Origin: Callorhinchus milii
Taxonomy: Eukaryota
Assembly (NCBI RefSeq): GCF_018977255.1
Contig: NW_024704743.1
Span: forward strand, 54,934,001 to 54,998,000
Reading direction: 5' to 3'
Length of the DNA stretch: 64,000 nt
Below the pieces are notes generated by a model, which had not been told where the DNA came from, made no database searches, and saw nothing but the letters and a program-made list of their open reading frames with translations. Made by a program: the position numbers and the translations under genes. Shown here one piece after another: positions 10,911-23,399 of the stretch. The first letter of the stretch is position 1. Every line of letters starts with the position of its first letter.

Positions 10911-12294
10911 GTAAACTAAAATCAGTTCCTCAGATTTGATCGGAGAAAAATAATCCCTGGGTTGAGAAAGATCAAATTTCCTGTTCGTTATAAATCAACT
11001 CTAGAAAATCAGTATTCAACAAATAAAATAGGTTTGAAATCCTTCCAGAGGCTAGAATCTACAATAATAATTACCTCACCTCAGGGAGGAATAAAAGAAT
11101 GTGGTGATTCAGGTCGGAAAGCAATATTCCAATTCCTGGGAGGTGGGTCCTGCCACCTAGTAGCCATTTCCTTCAACATAAATTAACATAAGGAAAGCTT
11201 TAAAACTTTACCACACATTTTCTCCCTCCCTTTCTATCTTTAGCGTAATGTATTACAAGTATTCTTGAATGCAAAAATGTTTTTCTTCCTCTCCCATTAT
11301 GTATTCTTTCAAAATAATAGAAAATCTTTATGTAATACTTTCTCTACATTCAATTTATAATAATAAATAATCCTTGCATTTGATGTAGTACCTTATTGTC
11401 ATTGAAAGCACTTCATAAGATTTTTTCGAAAGTGCAATGGCTGCATATTTTTAGAGAAATGAATATACTTCAGTTTAATTTATAAATGTTGCCTTATTTT
11501 ATAAATAGGAAATTAATAAATGTTCTTACAATAGGAAATAGATCTTCTAATTTTGATAGGCATCTTTGTTGATTTTCTTTGGACACTCTCCATTGCTTCA
11601 ATGTCCTTTGAAGTAGGTTGTCTGCTTACTTTGGCAATACTGTGATACAGTCACTTTTATTGAAACAAAGTTAATGGACAAAATAAAATATGCCTTTAAA
11701 GATTATAGCCCACCCTGCAAAAAGAACAAAGTCTAAAAGTTAATGTAGAAGTATGTTTGGCACATATAACAATGATGAGGCATGTCTGGATCTAGAACAA
11801 TTCCTTTTATTGTTACATTTTCTGGACCAAATGTTCTAGTCTTACTTAGAGACAGAATTCCACCAGGGACATAAGTAGGATAAGTAATATTACCTCCACA
11901 TATATTTTCTGTGCTCTTCTAAAATATTTGTTTTGATAATCACTGAAAATTACTGTAATGCTACCTGCTTGACCTAGAGTTGTTGTCTGTAAGGTGAGTA
12001 ATATAGAAAATGGAAGGTGATCATGTGTTGGTGACGTTTACATGGAATCCTAGAAAAGTGATTTTAATATTCCAAGACAGAACTGGTGACTCGTTGATGT
12101 CATCACATCACTGATTGTGTCTGCCACTAAAAGTTAGAAGGCAATGCTGCAGTATAATTCTTTGTAAACAGTCAATATTCTGAGGTGGCAACATGGGGTG
12201 AAAAATTGTGTATGTGATAGGATAACATTGACTAAAATTGGGATGAAAACAGTTGATCATAATTGACTGGTTATAGAGCTGACCACTCCTTCCA

Positions 12295-12321
12295 CCCCCC
12301 CCCCCCCCCCCCCCCCCCCCC
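12295..12321 (+). repeat. Poly-C run (27 nt)
   Basis: Uninterrupted C homopolymer, directly visible. Confidence 0.95.
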
Positions 12322-12569
12322 GCTCCGTGCCCCAACACACACAACATTTCTGCAGTGATTTGGATCTGAAGCTGGTGAGAAGGTTTCAGTTGCAAAAGCG
12401 CCAGCAGCTGCCATTAATGCAACCGACACAGAATCTTTTGTTGCACTAAAATGCCATTTATGTTGACATAGAGTTCAGAGGGTTGAAGTTGAGGGCTGAA
12501 GAAAAATAGGTTGATTTAAGTGGGTGTTCTGGTGCACATGTACTTTGACATAGCTATGGCATCTCTAAA

Positions 12570-13020
12570 TAAATAAATAATAATGAATAATTATTGCATT
12601 TGATACAGTGCCTCAACACAGCATTGAGAAATCTCGAAGTGCTTTACAGCATATATTGCAAAGTGGATTGGCTGCATATTGTGTGGGCAAAATGTGACAG
12701 TTTGGGCATAGCAGTGTCCCACTAAACAGCCATGGAGTGAGCGAACAAGTGTATTTGGGAAATGTTGGCCAGGATACTGGAAAAACTCCCTTCTCTTTTC
12801 GAATAGTGCCATGGCATCTTTAACATCCACCTGAACAAGCAGGTGGGACCTTGGTTTAACATGTCATCCGAAGATCAGTACCTCCAACAATGCAACCCAC
12901 CCCAGAATTGCCTTGGAGCATCAGCTTAAAAACTATGTGATTCCAAGTCCCAATGTGTAGCTTGAATCCACAACCTTCTGATTCAGAGATGAGAGTGCTA
13001 TCAACTGCACCAAGCTGACA
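12570..13020 (-). mobile_element. Deu-domain SINE (family C, SacSINE1-like), full length
   Basis: Head rc gtcagcttggtgcagttgatagcactctc..ggttgtggattcaag; centre ggtggatgttaaagatgccatggcactattcgaaaagagaagggag; same 3' block and tail as family A. Confidence 0.85.
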
Positions 13021-13289
13021 CATTTGTAAATACGTGCAGTTGAAAGGAATGAATGTTACAAGTTTCTCCTTGAATTCTTTAGACTATTAATAACGAATGA
13101 GAAATAATTATTTTATTGGAGGTTTGAGCACAGCAGCATCTATTTAGTCAAGGTGATAACTGTGTCCCAAATGCGTAAGAAGTTCTGGTATGCTTTGTTA
13201 AATGAAAATAGATGAATCTGAGATTAAATCTGATACAATACTCTTGTGGGCTTTACCATATTCCTTGGTTCATGTTTTCCATAACCTGA

Positions 13290-13830
13290 GTCCCAAAATT
13301 CCACCTAGTCTTAGCCTTCAAAAATATTTTGTCCTGAAATTTAATTGTAGATTCAGTCTTAATTTGGAAATTAGTTTCTTTTCAAGAACTACATAAAAAC
13401 AACTTCTGCCTATTACTCCAGGATCATCCAGGATCATTTTGGATACTAAAGACTATCCCAGGCCCATAACAGTAATTGTTGCCTCCTCTCAGCAAACAGA
13501 GATCAAACAAAATATTGGCTTCCCAATCATAGGGTGAGCTTTCAGCCATTCTGCTTGTGTTTCTGGAAATCCAACCCACAGCACCTTTCATCTTACCCTG
13601 TCCCTCTCTGCCTTAAGACCTATCTCTTTAATCACACTTTCAGCCACCTTTCCCTGCCCCCTTGCTTCTCCCTGTCCCGCAAGATAGATCTTTCAGTCAG
13701 CTTTAAGCAATCCTCCCAATGTGAATTGTAAATAGAAAATGTTACTCCAAATTGAGACTACATTTAAGAATGTTCCACAATCCTGCATAATGTTAACAGT
13801 GTAAGACAAAACCATCCAATAGGCTAACAC
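13290..13830. mobile_element. Palindromic MITE (family M) with internal insertion
   Basis: Left arm gtcccaaaattccacctagtctt..attcagtcttaatttggaa and right arm tccaaattgagact..ttccacaatcctgcataat; related to 14910-15125, 24122-24290 and 56745-56892. Confidence 0.55.
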
Positions 13831-13939
13831 AGGCTAACCTTTATAGTCGGCCAACAAAATAAAATTGAATTTATTAAAAAACTGAAAGCAAACTACCAAT
13901 CAAACACGGACTTACTTAGAATGGTGTGAATGTTCAGAG

Positions 13940-14003
13940 GGGTGCTTTTTGACGGTCCCATAGGCCACTTCTGGCCCGCGGGCCACAGGTTGGCCACTAC
14001 TGG
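13940..14003 (+). mobile_element. hAT/Charlie-like non-autonomous element, right end
   Basis: tggcccgcgggccacaggttggccactactg resembles the hAT-Charlie subterminal GGCCCGCGGGCC motif plus terminal repeat. Confidence 0.55.
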
Positions 14004-14424
14004 GCTAAGAGAAGACAGATTTTCAGGCCTCCACCTGCCTTTTATTCAGGATGATTGTTTCAGATACAACTCTCCAGGGGGCACTGCAGCACAACAGTCC
14101 ATGAATTCAATGTACTGACATCATAGAAATGTCAAGACCTTCGCCTAAAAACACTTCCAAATAGATATTTTCTGTAAAAATGAGAAACTATGCAGAAGAG
14201 ACAGGCTCAAGGACACAAATTACATATTTACAGACCATGGAGGTTCTTTACTTTTTAATGGATGCATACACATATCATCGGCTACCACCATTGAAATAAT
14301 CAGAGAAAAGTGTGAAAGATACCTCTGCTCTGTTAGTTAGGATGTCCTGCTGTGGAAAATCCTTCAATGCAGTCTTAATTTGGAACATCAATTCTGCTAC
14401 ACAAAAGTTTACAAATTGTAAAGG

Positions 14425-14506
14425 ATCCTCACCCAAGGATAATGAGAGCTGCTCCTGCCAAAGCTGAAATCAACTATTCGTTTAAAAATCACGTGTGTTG
14501 AAAGTG
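14425..14506 (+). repeat. 82-nt exact copy of 15232-15313
   Basis: Identical sequence atcctcacccaagg...gtgttgaaagtg at both sites; this copy is flanked by the direct repeat aaattgtaaa. Confidence 0.95.
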
Positions 14507-14646
14507 TAAAATTGTAAACTTTGCAACTACTTCTCTATCCTTCCGCCTTGCCCCCTCTCTCCCCTTTTTCAAGTCCCACCTGAAAACCTTCCTCTTCGAC
14601 CGTGCTTACGGCCACCTCTCTCCCCCGCCCCCCCTCCAGCTCAAAG

Positions 14647-14728
14647 TCAGGCTCCGAGGTTAGAAGGTCCTTTCGCTTGGTAGACTATCAGTCTCCGAGG
14701 TTAGAGGGTCCTTTTGCTTGGTAGACTG
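14647..14728 (+). repeat. 41-bp tandem duplication
   Basis: tcaggctccgaggttagaaggtcctttcgcttggtagacta followed by tcagtctccgaggttagagggtccttttgcttggtagactg. Confidence 0.9.
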
Positions 14729-15134
14729 AGGTAGACTCCATTCCAAAGAAGGACAGCCTTAAAATCAAAGCCAAGACAACAACTTATGTTGAAGTAGGTT
14801 GTGAGTCACACCAAGTAATGCTTGGGATTCAACAACACTTTGGTACCTCGCCCAAGAACCATTCCTTGTATGTGAACCCAGTCAGTAGGCTCAAAATCCA
14901 TTCTTGACCTGTAGGCCAATTTATCCTCAAATTGAAGATCACACAAAATTGAAGAAAACTCTTCAAATTAGCCTTAATTTGGAAACAGTCCTTTAAGAAT
15001 GGCAGAAAACTGGTTTCCAAATTCAACATGAATTTAAGATGCTTTGACACTTCTGCCCCACCTTCAATTTTAAGAAATGTGTTCTTAGAGATTAAGGCAA
15101 GATCAAATTTGTATATTTTGTCTGGCATTGACCA

Positions 15135-15345
15135 TGAGCAGCATCACAGCTGAGTTTGATACTTTCCTCAGCCAAGCGCCATGAATATTGCTAACAGGGT
15201 GAATCAGGAAGCAGAACGTTAGCCGAATTTCATCCTCACCCAAGGATAATGAGAGCTGCTCCTGCCAAAGCTGAAATCAACTATTCGTTTAAAAATCACG
15301 TGTGTTGAAAGTGAAAGAAACAGAGTGGTGGTCTGAAACCTATTG
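15135..15345 (-). mobile_element. Ancient SINE-like repeat (family E)
   Basis: atcaggaagcagaacgttagccgaattt resembles attcagtagcaggaaccctggctgagctt near 63630; class assigned from recalled shark SINE motifs only. Confidence 0.4.
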
Positions 15346-16187
15346 CGTACTTACATTTGCGTTGCTTTCATCCCATGCTTATACAGTATTGGGAAATCTC
15401 ATTATAAGCACAGAACAGAAGCCTGTGCATGCTAAAGAGAGCAAAGTGTGCTATACCTCGCAGCAAACATTTCATCTAGGAATCAGAAGACTTCAGCTCA
15501 GTCAAATTTTCTATTAGTTTTTTAGAAAAGTAATACCACCAGATTGAGCTCAAGCCCATATCTGTAACTTTATGGCCACAACTAGTATTGATTGCAAGCA
15601 GTAAATGCTGCTGCATAGCATGAAAAAAATGAGAACTGAGTTGATTTATAGCCTTACATAGTCCAGTCGTATTGGCCAAATTCACTTAAATACAGATCTT
15701 GGCCCCATTTCGGCACTCACTCTTAATTATGGCTGTATTCTGGGAAGAACTGGCTTGATTTCAGTTTGTGGATTTAATCACGCGATTCATTCGGGTGCTG
15801 TACTCAAAGCATCTTCGAAAATTGATCAAATGCACCATCCCAGTAGCTGAAAACAGATGGATTTTTCTCAGAGAACAGAGTTAACACGTTACAGACCAAT
15901 TAATAAAATGTACTCAAGTTAATAGTTAATTATCGGTTCAATATGCAAATGTTACTTCAACCCTTTCTGTGTATCTGTGTGTTCAAAACCCTACACAGGC
16001 TGCAATGAAAGATAGCTCCCAGAATGTGCTTTTTCTCTCTAATATCCTGTGTTATATAGCTATAAAATGTGTTTCAAATTGAACATGCTGTGGATGAGAT
16101 AACCTGTGTCATTCTTCCTTGGGCAGGTAATACTTTCCTGTTTAACTGCAAAATAGTTTGAACTTTTGCACCATGTCAATACTTCTA

Positions 16188-16660
16188 ATAATAATCTATG
16201 AAATAGCGCCTTTCACATTGGGCAGATATCTCAAATCTCTTCACAGATAAAGTGTTGTAAAGTGTTGACTATTTTGTATGTGAATGATGCAGCCAATTTG
16301 CACACAACAATGTCCCACAGACAGCCATGAAGTGAATGACCAATTTTATTTTGAGGATTGTTGGCTAGGACACCGGGAGAAACTGGTTTCTCTTTTCGAA
16401 TAGTGCTCTTTCATGTCCACCTGAACGGATAGACAAGATCTTAGTTTAACAGCTCATCTGAAGGACAGCACAACAATAACAACAACAACTTGCATTTATG
16501 TGGCGCCCTCACACAGGATAGGGTCACAAAGCACAAGTATCTCCAATGATGAGGCTCACCCCCAACATTGCATTGGAGCATCAGCCTAGACTTCATTAGT
16601 TCAAAGTCTCGACATGGGGCTTGAATCCACAATCTTCTGACAGAGGTGGTAGTGCTAGTA
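16188..16660 (-). mobile_element. Deu-domain SINE (family C) with an L2-tail insertion at ~16468-16535
   Basis: Family C blocks interrupted by (caa)n-cttgcatttatgtggcgccc. Confidence 0.8.
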
Positions 16661-17227
16661 ACTCTACAGCTCATGTCCTCTCCTGTACCAAGCTCACCCC
16701 CAACCTCACCTGGTTCAACTGGCTCCCCATCCCTCAGAGGATCGAGTTTAAATACTCACCCTCACTTTTAATGCTTTCCACAGCCTTGCTCCTCCTACCT
16801 CTGTGACCTATTAATGCCATAACAACTTGTCCACTCCCTCCACTCAGCAGATACTGGCCTGATTCATGTCCACAATAAGGATTAGAGGCATTTCATTTAC
16901 ATTTCCTTAAAATGTAGATAAAATCAATTATTACTGTTCATTTAGCTGATTTAGATGGGGCTGAGCTTCCCCCATCTTGGTGTCATCTGTAGATGTATCT
17001 ATCCTACACTGGAGCTGTGAATCCAGGTCATCAATATATATATAACCAAAGGTTAGAACATTTACAGACCAGCTAGCGATCGAAATGCAGAAATTTCTAA
17101 AGGGATTCCTTAATAACAAGAACAGAAGTGCATCTCTTCAACTCGCAAGGACTCCCACTCCAGTGTGATCTCTCCTCGGAGTAAAATTCCCACCAGTTGT
17201 GGTGACTTGTGTGATGTGCTTCCAATT

Positions 17228-17540
17228 GGAGTCCTGGAGCTCAGTGGTTAGAGCACTCGCTTTGCAAGTGAGAGACCTGAGTTCAATTCCAGGCAGGGCG
17301 AAACCTTGGGCAAGTTTCCTTACTCCACACGCCTAATAATAATCCCTCCAAAAAAAAAAAACAATAATTAAATTGGTCATTTTCAATCTACGACTGTTTG
17401 TGGGACATTGCTGTGCGCAATTGGCTGCCGCGTTCGCCCACAAATATACAGTCAATTCACTTTACAGTGTGTTCTGTGAAGCGCTTTGGGACGTCCTCCC
17501 GACGTGAAAAGCGCTATATCAAATGCAAGGATTATTATTA
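17228..17540 (+). mobile_element. tRNA-Ala SINE (family A body) in tandem with an older copy
   Basis: Family A sequence; the preceding flank is repeated at 17540-17635. Confidence 0.95.
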
Positions 17541-17635
17541 TCTCTTCAACTCGCAAGGACTCCCACTCCAGTGTGATCTCTCCTCGGAGTAAAATTCCCA
17601 CCAGTTGTGGTGACTTGTGTGATGTGCTTCCAATT

Positions 17636-17946
17636 GGAGTCCTGGAGCTCAGTGGTTAGAGCACTCGCTTTGCAAGCGAGAGACCTGGGTTCGATTCCCG
17701 GCAGGATGAAACCTTGAGCAAGTTTTCTTACTCCACATGCCTGATAATAATCTCTCAAAAAAACAATAATAAATTGGTCATTTCAATCCAGGACTGTTTG
17801 TGGGACACTGCTGTGTGCAATTGGCTGCTGCGTTTCGCCCACAAATATACAGTCGATTCACTTTACAGTCTTTTCTGTGAAGCACTTTGAGACTGCTAGA
17901 AGATATGAAAAGCGCTATATCAAATGCAAGGATTATTATTATTATT
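17636..17946 (+). mobile_element. tRNA-Ala SINE, older subfamily A'
   Basis: T-arm gggttcgattcccgg; tail gagactgctagaagatatgaaaagcgc. Confidence 0.92.
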
Positions 17947-18654
17947 AATATTGTTAATTACTAGAAAAGAATCCTCACTCAATTCCTTAGTAAAGAATTT
18001 CATTAGATATTGACACATATTAGATCCGATGTGAATAACACCCACCACATGCCCCCAATCTGCCCATCTCTAAAAGTAGGTAAAAAAAACTCTACTGAAT
18101 AAAGTAAATATTCAACCAAGCTCACTGAAAAAAATTAGGACCTTTATCTTTAGTACTGCAACCCAACTCAGAGCCATCTGTAATTGAATTTTCCAGGCTA
18201 TGATCGCCTTGAAGTCCAAAACAAATCTGTTCTGGACGCAGCAGGCCCACGGGGTAGTTGTTGTCAACTAAGCGTTCCCTGGCACCTCTGTGCTCTGAAA
18301 TGATGGGTTTCTACTGGAAACTGCGAACAACATCTAAAATTAAATTTCTACTTCAAGGTAAATGACATTCAAAACAAGACTTGAAAGTATTTTTCTTTTC
18401 CTTTAATAGTCTTGGAAGAATATCTAACGTACACACCATCATGAAAATGATTTTAAAGCTTCCAGCAGAACAAACAGTACTTTTCTCAAAATGATTGTGG
18501 ACATATTAAATGGGAGAAAAAAAACATGTAACAGCAGATTGTACTCCACATATTTACAATTAAAACAACTCTACGCCCATAATCTTAAGAAAAATACTGC
18601 TTGCTGTAAGCTTGAAGTAATTAACATGGTGATATAAGCACATCATCGCCCAAC

Positions 18655-19106
18655 ACCACTGGCTTCCCATCACACAGAGGATACAGTTTAAGATCCTGAT
18701 CTTCACTTCAAAGCCTTCCATGGTCTTGCTTCCCCCTTACCTCTGCAACCTCCATATTCCCTACCATCCTGCTCGCTCCCTCCATTCAGTGGGCTCCAGC
18801 CTGCTTCACGTGCCCCACCTCGCTCGACCCACTATTGGCGGGCAGGCCTTCTGCCACTCTGCCCCCACCCTCTGGAATTCCATCCTGCAGTCCTTCTGCC
18901 TCGCCCCCTCCCTTGCTACCTTCAAGACCCATCTTAAGACCCTCTTCTTCAACTGTGTTTTCAATCTTCCTGCTTCACCCTCTGCCCTTCTTTATACTCT
19001 CCCCAATCCCAACCCCCAGCTCGGGTCCGTAACTCCGCCTGTCCAGCACCTTAGGACGTCCTTCCGACATGAAATTCGTTATACAAACGTAATTTTGTTG
19101 TTGTTG
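18655..19106 (+). mobile_element. L2 LINE 3' fragment
   Basis: PPYLCNL..IGGQAFCHSAPTLWNSI..FKTHLKT; tail gtccagcaccttaggacgtccttccgacatgaaa plus (tgt)n. Confidence 0.9.
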
Positions 19107-19411
19107 TATGCTCAGTGACCCAACCTTGTGTGATGGGTGTGATATAAATGCAAGTGGTTGTTTTTCTTGTTGTTCTTTCAAGGCTATTAAAAGACAAGTT
19201 TAGTTTCAAATTACATGGTCACCGCAATTCAGAATGAATCATGTGAAATGCTTAGAAATGTCATCCTGATCTAAAAGGCAGTATATCAAATGCAAGGAAC
19301 ATTTTTTTAAATAAACTCTAAGTAATCTTTAGAAAGAAAAATTTTATTTTAATGATTGAATTGCCATTTTTGACAGCCTATTTTATTTTTGTATGCTTTT
19401 ATCTATAATAT

Positions 19412-19840
19412 AGTAATAATCCTTGGATTTGATATCAGTACCTCATCATGTCAAAACATCTCAAAGCACCTCACATAATTTTTCTGTAAACAGCAGTGAC
19501 TGAGGATTTGTAGTGGGAACTCAGAAGCCAATTAGCTCACAAATCTGTGCAAATTACTAAAGTGATTGACTGATTTTTTTATTTGAGAGATTGTTGACCT
19601 AGACAACAGGAGAAACTCTCTTTGAATGTTTCCATGGGAACTTTAACATCCACTTGAACAGGTAGTCAGGGCCTCAGGTTTAATGACTCATCTGAATGAT
19701 GGCACTTGCAGCAATGTAGCGCAACCCCAGCATAATATTTAATTATTAGCCTAGACTATGAACTCAAAGTCCCAATGTAGTGCTTAAACTCACCACCTTG
19801 TGACTTCAAAACATGAGTGCTACCAGCTGAGCCAGGCTGA
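19412..19840 (-). mobile_element. Deu-domain SINE (family C)
   Basis: Collinear with 12570-13020. Confidence 0.8.
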
Positions 19841-20324
19841 GAATCTATACTGTATCTATAATTTCTGTGAAACAAAATATCACTTGAGAACTTGAGATGT
19901 AACCATTAATTCTTTGGGATATTTCTTAAAGTGATTGCATAATAAGGAATCCTGTTAGATTCTCATTCAGTAAGGAAATGCCACCCTTATTAGCGAATTG
20001 CCCTTTAGATCCCTACATTTCTCCTTACATCAGGGAGTATGTTTTCTCTTTTTAAATGTAAAGTTTGGATGATCCATTATTTAGTATATAAGACATTTCT
20101 ATGTCTTCATGTACATAGTGTCCTTCATGTAAGATAACATCTCAGAGAGCTTTAGAAAGAGGGAGTAGGATACTTTTACAGAACATAAATAAGCTAGCAA
20201 GATATTTGGTGAGTAATTTTCTTGTTTCACTGTTCCAAACTTCTATTAAGTGGGTAGTAATTAACTGGGCTCCAACTTTCTTTGCATACTAATGTTATGT
20301 TGCAGAGAATGTCAAAAACGGAAC

Positions 20325-20838
20325 AATATAATACAAAATTTGTATAGTGCCTTTCACATCCAGAAGACGTCTCAAGGCGATGGACAGTCAGGAATTTGGA
20401 CCCAAGCAGAGGGTCGGGATCGGGGAGGGTGGAGGGCAGGGAGGGTAGGACGGTGACCAAAGGCTCGGTCGAAGAGGAGGGTTTTGAGACGCGCCTTTAA
20501 GGAGGCAAGGGGGGGTGTCAGGTGAAGGGAATATGGAATGGAGTTCCATATGGTTTGGGCAGAAAGGCTGAAGGCTTGGCCACTGATGGTGGGGCAGGCC
20601 AGGCAGGGGACGTGGAGCAGGCTGCAGTCTGCTGAGCGGAGAGAGCGGACAGGTTGATACGGCATCAGCGGGTCACAGAGGTAGGGAGGAGCAAGGCCGT
20701 GGAGAGCTTTGAAGGCAAGGATGAAAATCTTGAACTCTATCCTCTGGGGGATGAGGAGCCAGTGGAGCCGGGCGAGAGTGGGGCTGATGGGGTCACGGAG
20801 CCTGGTGCGGGAGAGGACATGAGCTGCAGAGTTCCCGG
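20325..20838 (-). mobile_element. L2 LINE 3' fragment
   Basis: ORF 20372-20875: NSAAHVLSRT..LARLHWLLIPQRIEFKI..LAPPYL..LKTLLFDRAF. Confidence 0.92.
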
Positions 20839-21234
20839 AACATGTGGCGAATGTTGCATACACAACATTTTGCATTAATTACTGTAAAGCGCTTGGAGAT
20901 GTAGCCCTACGTGGGTACCATAAATAAATGCATTGTATAAATACCCTATATAAATGAACTCTGTTGATATTCTACAGTATTTTGAGACATTTCAACATGA
21001 TAAAGTGCTATAAAAAATGTAAGTTCTTCCTTCTTTGCTTATTTATTTTATACAATAATTTCATTACAATTCTTAAACCTGAATAGTGATAAATTACTTC
21101 AAAGTGAAGCTGTAGAGAAAAGATGGCCAACTTGTGGCCTGCATTACGCATGTGTAAAATAGTCACAGGGTAAATTGGCCATCCCTGGTGTAGATTATAC
21201 ATTGTCTAAAATAGGTGTCAGATTGGCTCTCTAC

Positions 21235-21570
21235 ATTCACATCTGTGTCAGAGTCTTACACTCCATTGGCAGAGGTGATGTCTTTCAGATGAGACTCTAA
21301 ACCAAGGCCCCATCTGTTGGTTCAAGTGAATGCTAAAGATCCCACAGCGCTATTCAAAAAGAGAAGGTCGTTTCAATTGGTGTCGTGGCCAACAATCCCA
21401 CGAATAAAATTAGCCATACATTTCATGTCTGTTTGTGGGACATTGCTGTATGCAAATGAGCTGACGTATTAGTCTACGAATACACATTCATTACACTATA
21501 CAGAAATCCTATGAAACCCTTTGAGACATTTAAATGACATGGTAAGGTGGTATACCAAATGTAAGGAATA
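21235..21570 (+). mobile_element. Deu-domain SINE (family C), degraded
   Basis: gatgagactctaaaccaaggccccatctg..aaagatcccacagcgctattc..gtttgtgggacattgctg. Confidence 0.7.
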
Positions 21571-22349
21571 TTAAAGAATGAGTGAGTTAAATGGTAGAAA
21601 TGGTCTTTTCTTGTTCCAAACTTTCCTGCATTCTTAAAATGGAAATTATAATGTAAAACAAAACATTTTCTACTTTTGTGAGATTGCGTAGAACTGATAT
21701 CAAACTCTTCCAAGAGCACTTAATATGAAAAAATTATGTGTTTTTATAATGCTGCAAATTAGTTTTCGTAAAATATCAATGAGGGAAAAGTTTCCACAAG
21801 GTCAGATTACTTTGTAATGGCTTTGCACCAGTTACTTGCGGTACTTAATTTGTGCACAGCAAATGAAAGTGGGGCCCATGCCTAGACAGAATATCACCAA
21901 GGAGGAGCAAAGGAGATGGTGAAAAGGAGAGGCCTTCTTTTCATTGCCTTCCTTCACCATCCTATAAGCATATTTGTCATCTGATTTTCATCAACAATAA
22001 GCATCAGTACATTATAAGCAGGGAGAGCTGGATTTTCCTGGCATTGGGATTACATGAAGGACTGTGGGAAAATCTTCCTGGCAACACAGTAAAGGAGGAC
22101 ATGGAAAATGTTCTGGCACCAAAGCAATCAGATGAAAAGTACAAAAAGGAATGAGTTAATAAGTGTGTCAGGCTAGCAAGGTAAAACTACCTTACCACAA
22201 CTATAGATCCACAACAAAAGATGATAGCTTGCAGAACTGTCTAGTTTAATAAGATCTTAAATTAAATGCATTTAAGGAATTAAATGAATTACAAACTGCA
22301 GATTTACTTAAAATTCTGACATGCAATGGATCCCTTACAAAAAAACCTG

Positions 22350-22990
22350 CTTTGTTTCAGAAGGTTGTGGGTTTCAGCCTCATGTCAAGATGTAAACTCA
22401 TATCCTCAGCTTATCTTCCAGTGCAATACAGGACAACAGTGTACTGCTGTCTTTCAGATGATATGTTAAACTGAGGTTCCATTTTCCTAGTGAAATGGAT
22501 GTTAAAAATCTCTTGCTATTAACCAAAAAGAGAAAGGAGTTTATCCTGATATCATGGACAATCGTCCTTTGCGCATAAGGATTTCCTCCTGAAAGATGCT
22601 ATATAAATGTAAATTTGTATCGTTGTAAGAAATTGATTATTCACCTCATGAACTTCTCTAGGAACGTGCTAGGGCAAATGGCTGCCATATTTGCTCCCTC
22701 TGCTCAGCAGGCTCCTGTCTGCTCCACGTTCCCCACCCAGCCCCACAATTGGCTGTCGGAACTTCAACCTCCCCATCCTCATCCTTTGGAACTCCAACCC
22801 AAAGTCCCTCCACTTGTTCCCTCCCTTGCATCCTTCACAGCACGTCTGAAGACACTCTTCTATGACCACACCTTTGGCCACTCTCCTAACCCTATCCTCC
22901 CTGCCCTCGACCCCTCTTAATCCCAAACCCCCTGCTCGGGTTCAAATCCCTGACTGTTCAGGGATGTCCTCCCGACGTGAAAAGCGCTAT
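22350..22990 (+). mobile_element. Degraded family C SINE (~22350-22620) followed by an L2 3' fragment (~22700-22990)
   Basis: cagaaggttgtgggtttcagcc head block; then RLKTLFYDHTF and tail gggatgtcctcccgacgtgaaaagcgc. Confidence 0.65.
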
Positions 22991-23214
22991 ATACATGAAC
23001 AAAGTCACTAAACTTCACAGTGTTTACTTGTGAAACGTTGAAATGTTTTGCCATGATAAGCCACTATAAAAAGGAACTTTTTAACATCTCAGTGTGTTAC
23101 ACGGATGCAACAGATGCTGGAGGATTCCAGCTCAGTTGTAGGTATTTGGGCAGAGCTACCTCACAAATGGATGAAGTTGTCCTTCATTGCACCCAAAAAA
23201 TATGAAAGGATATC

Positions 23215-23366
23215 CGCCAATTGACTAACAACCAACTGGGTTATTACTTACTGCTAGGTAAACAGAGACATATGGAGTAAAGAAACTTGCCCAGAGTTTT
23301 GCCATGCCAGGAATCTGATCTCTCACTTGCAAAGCGTGCGCTCTAACCACTGAGCTACAGGACTCC
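23215..23366 (-). mobile_element. tRNA-Ala SINE, long form (family B), 5' part
   Basis: Head rc ggagtcctgtagctcagtgg plus the B-specific block ctctgtttacctagcagtaagtaat..tggttgttagtcaattgg. Confidence 0.8.
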
Positions 23367-23399
23367 ACAATGTATGGATTCACCTACAAAATACAGTAA

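Noticed and set aside
14322..14395. Apparent exon ELMFQIKTALKDFPQQDILTNRAE with AG/GT ends
   Set aside because: The core is an arm of the family M MITE seen several times in the window.
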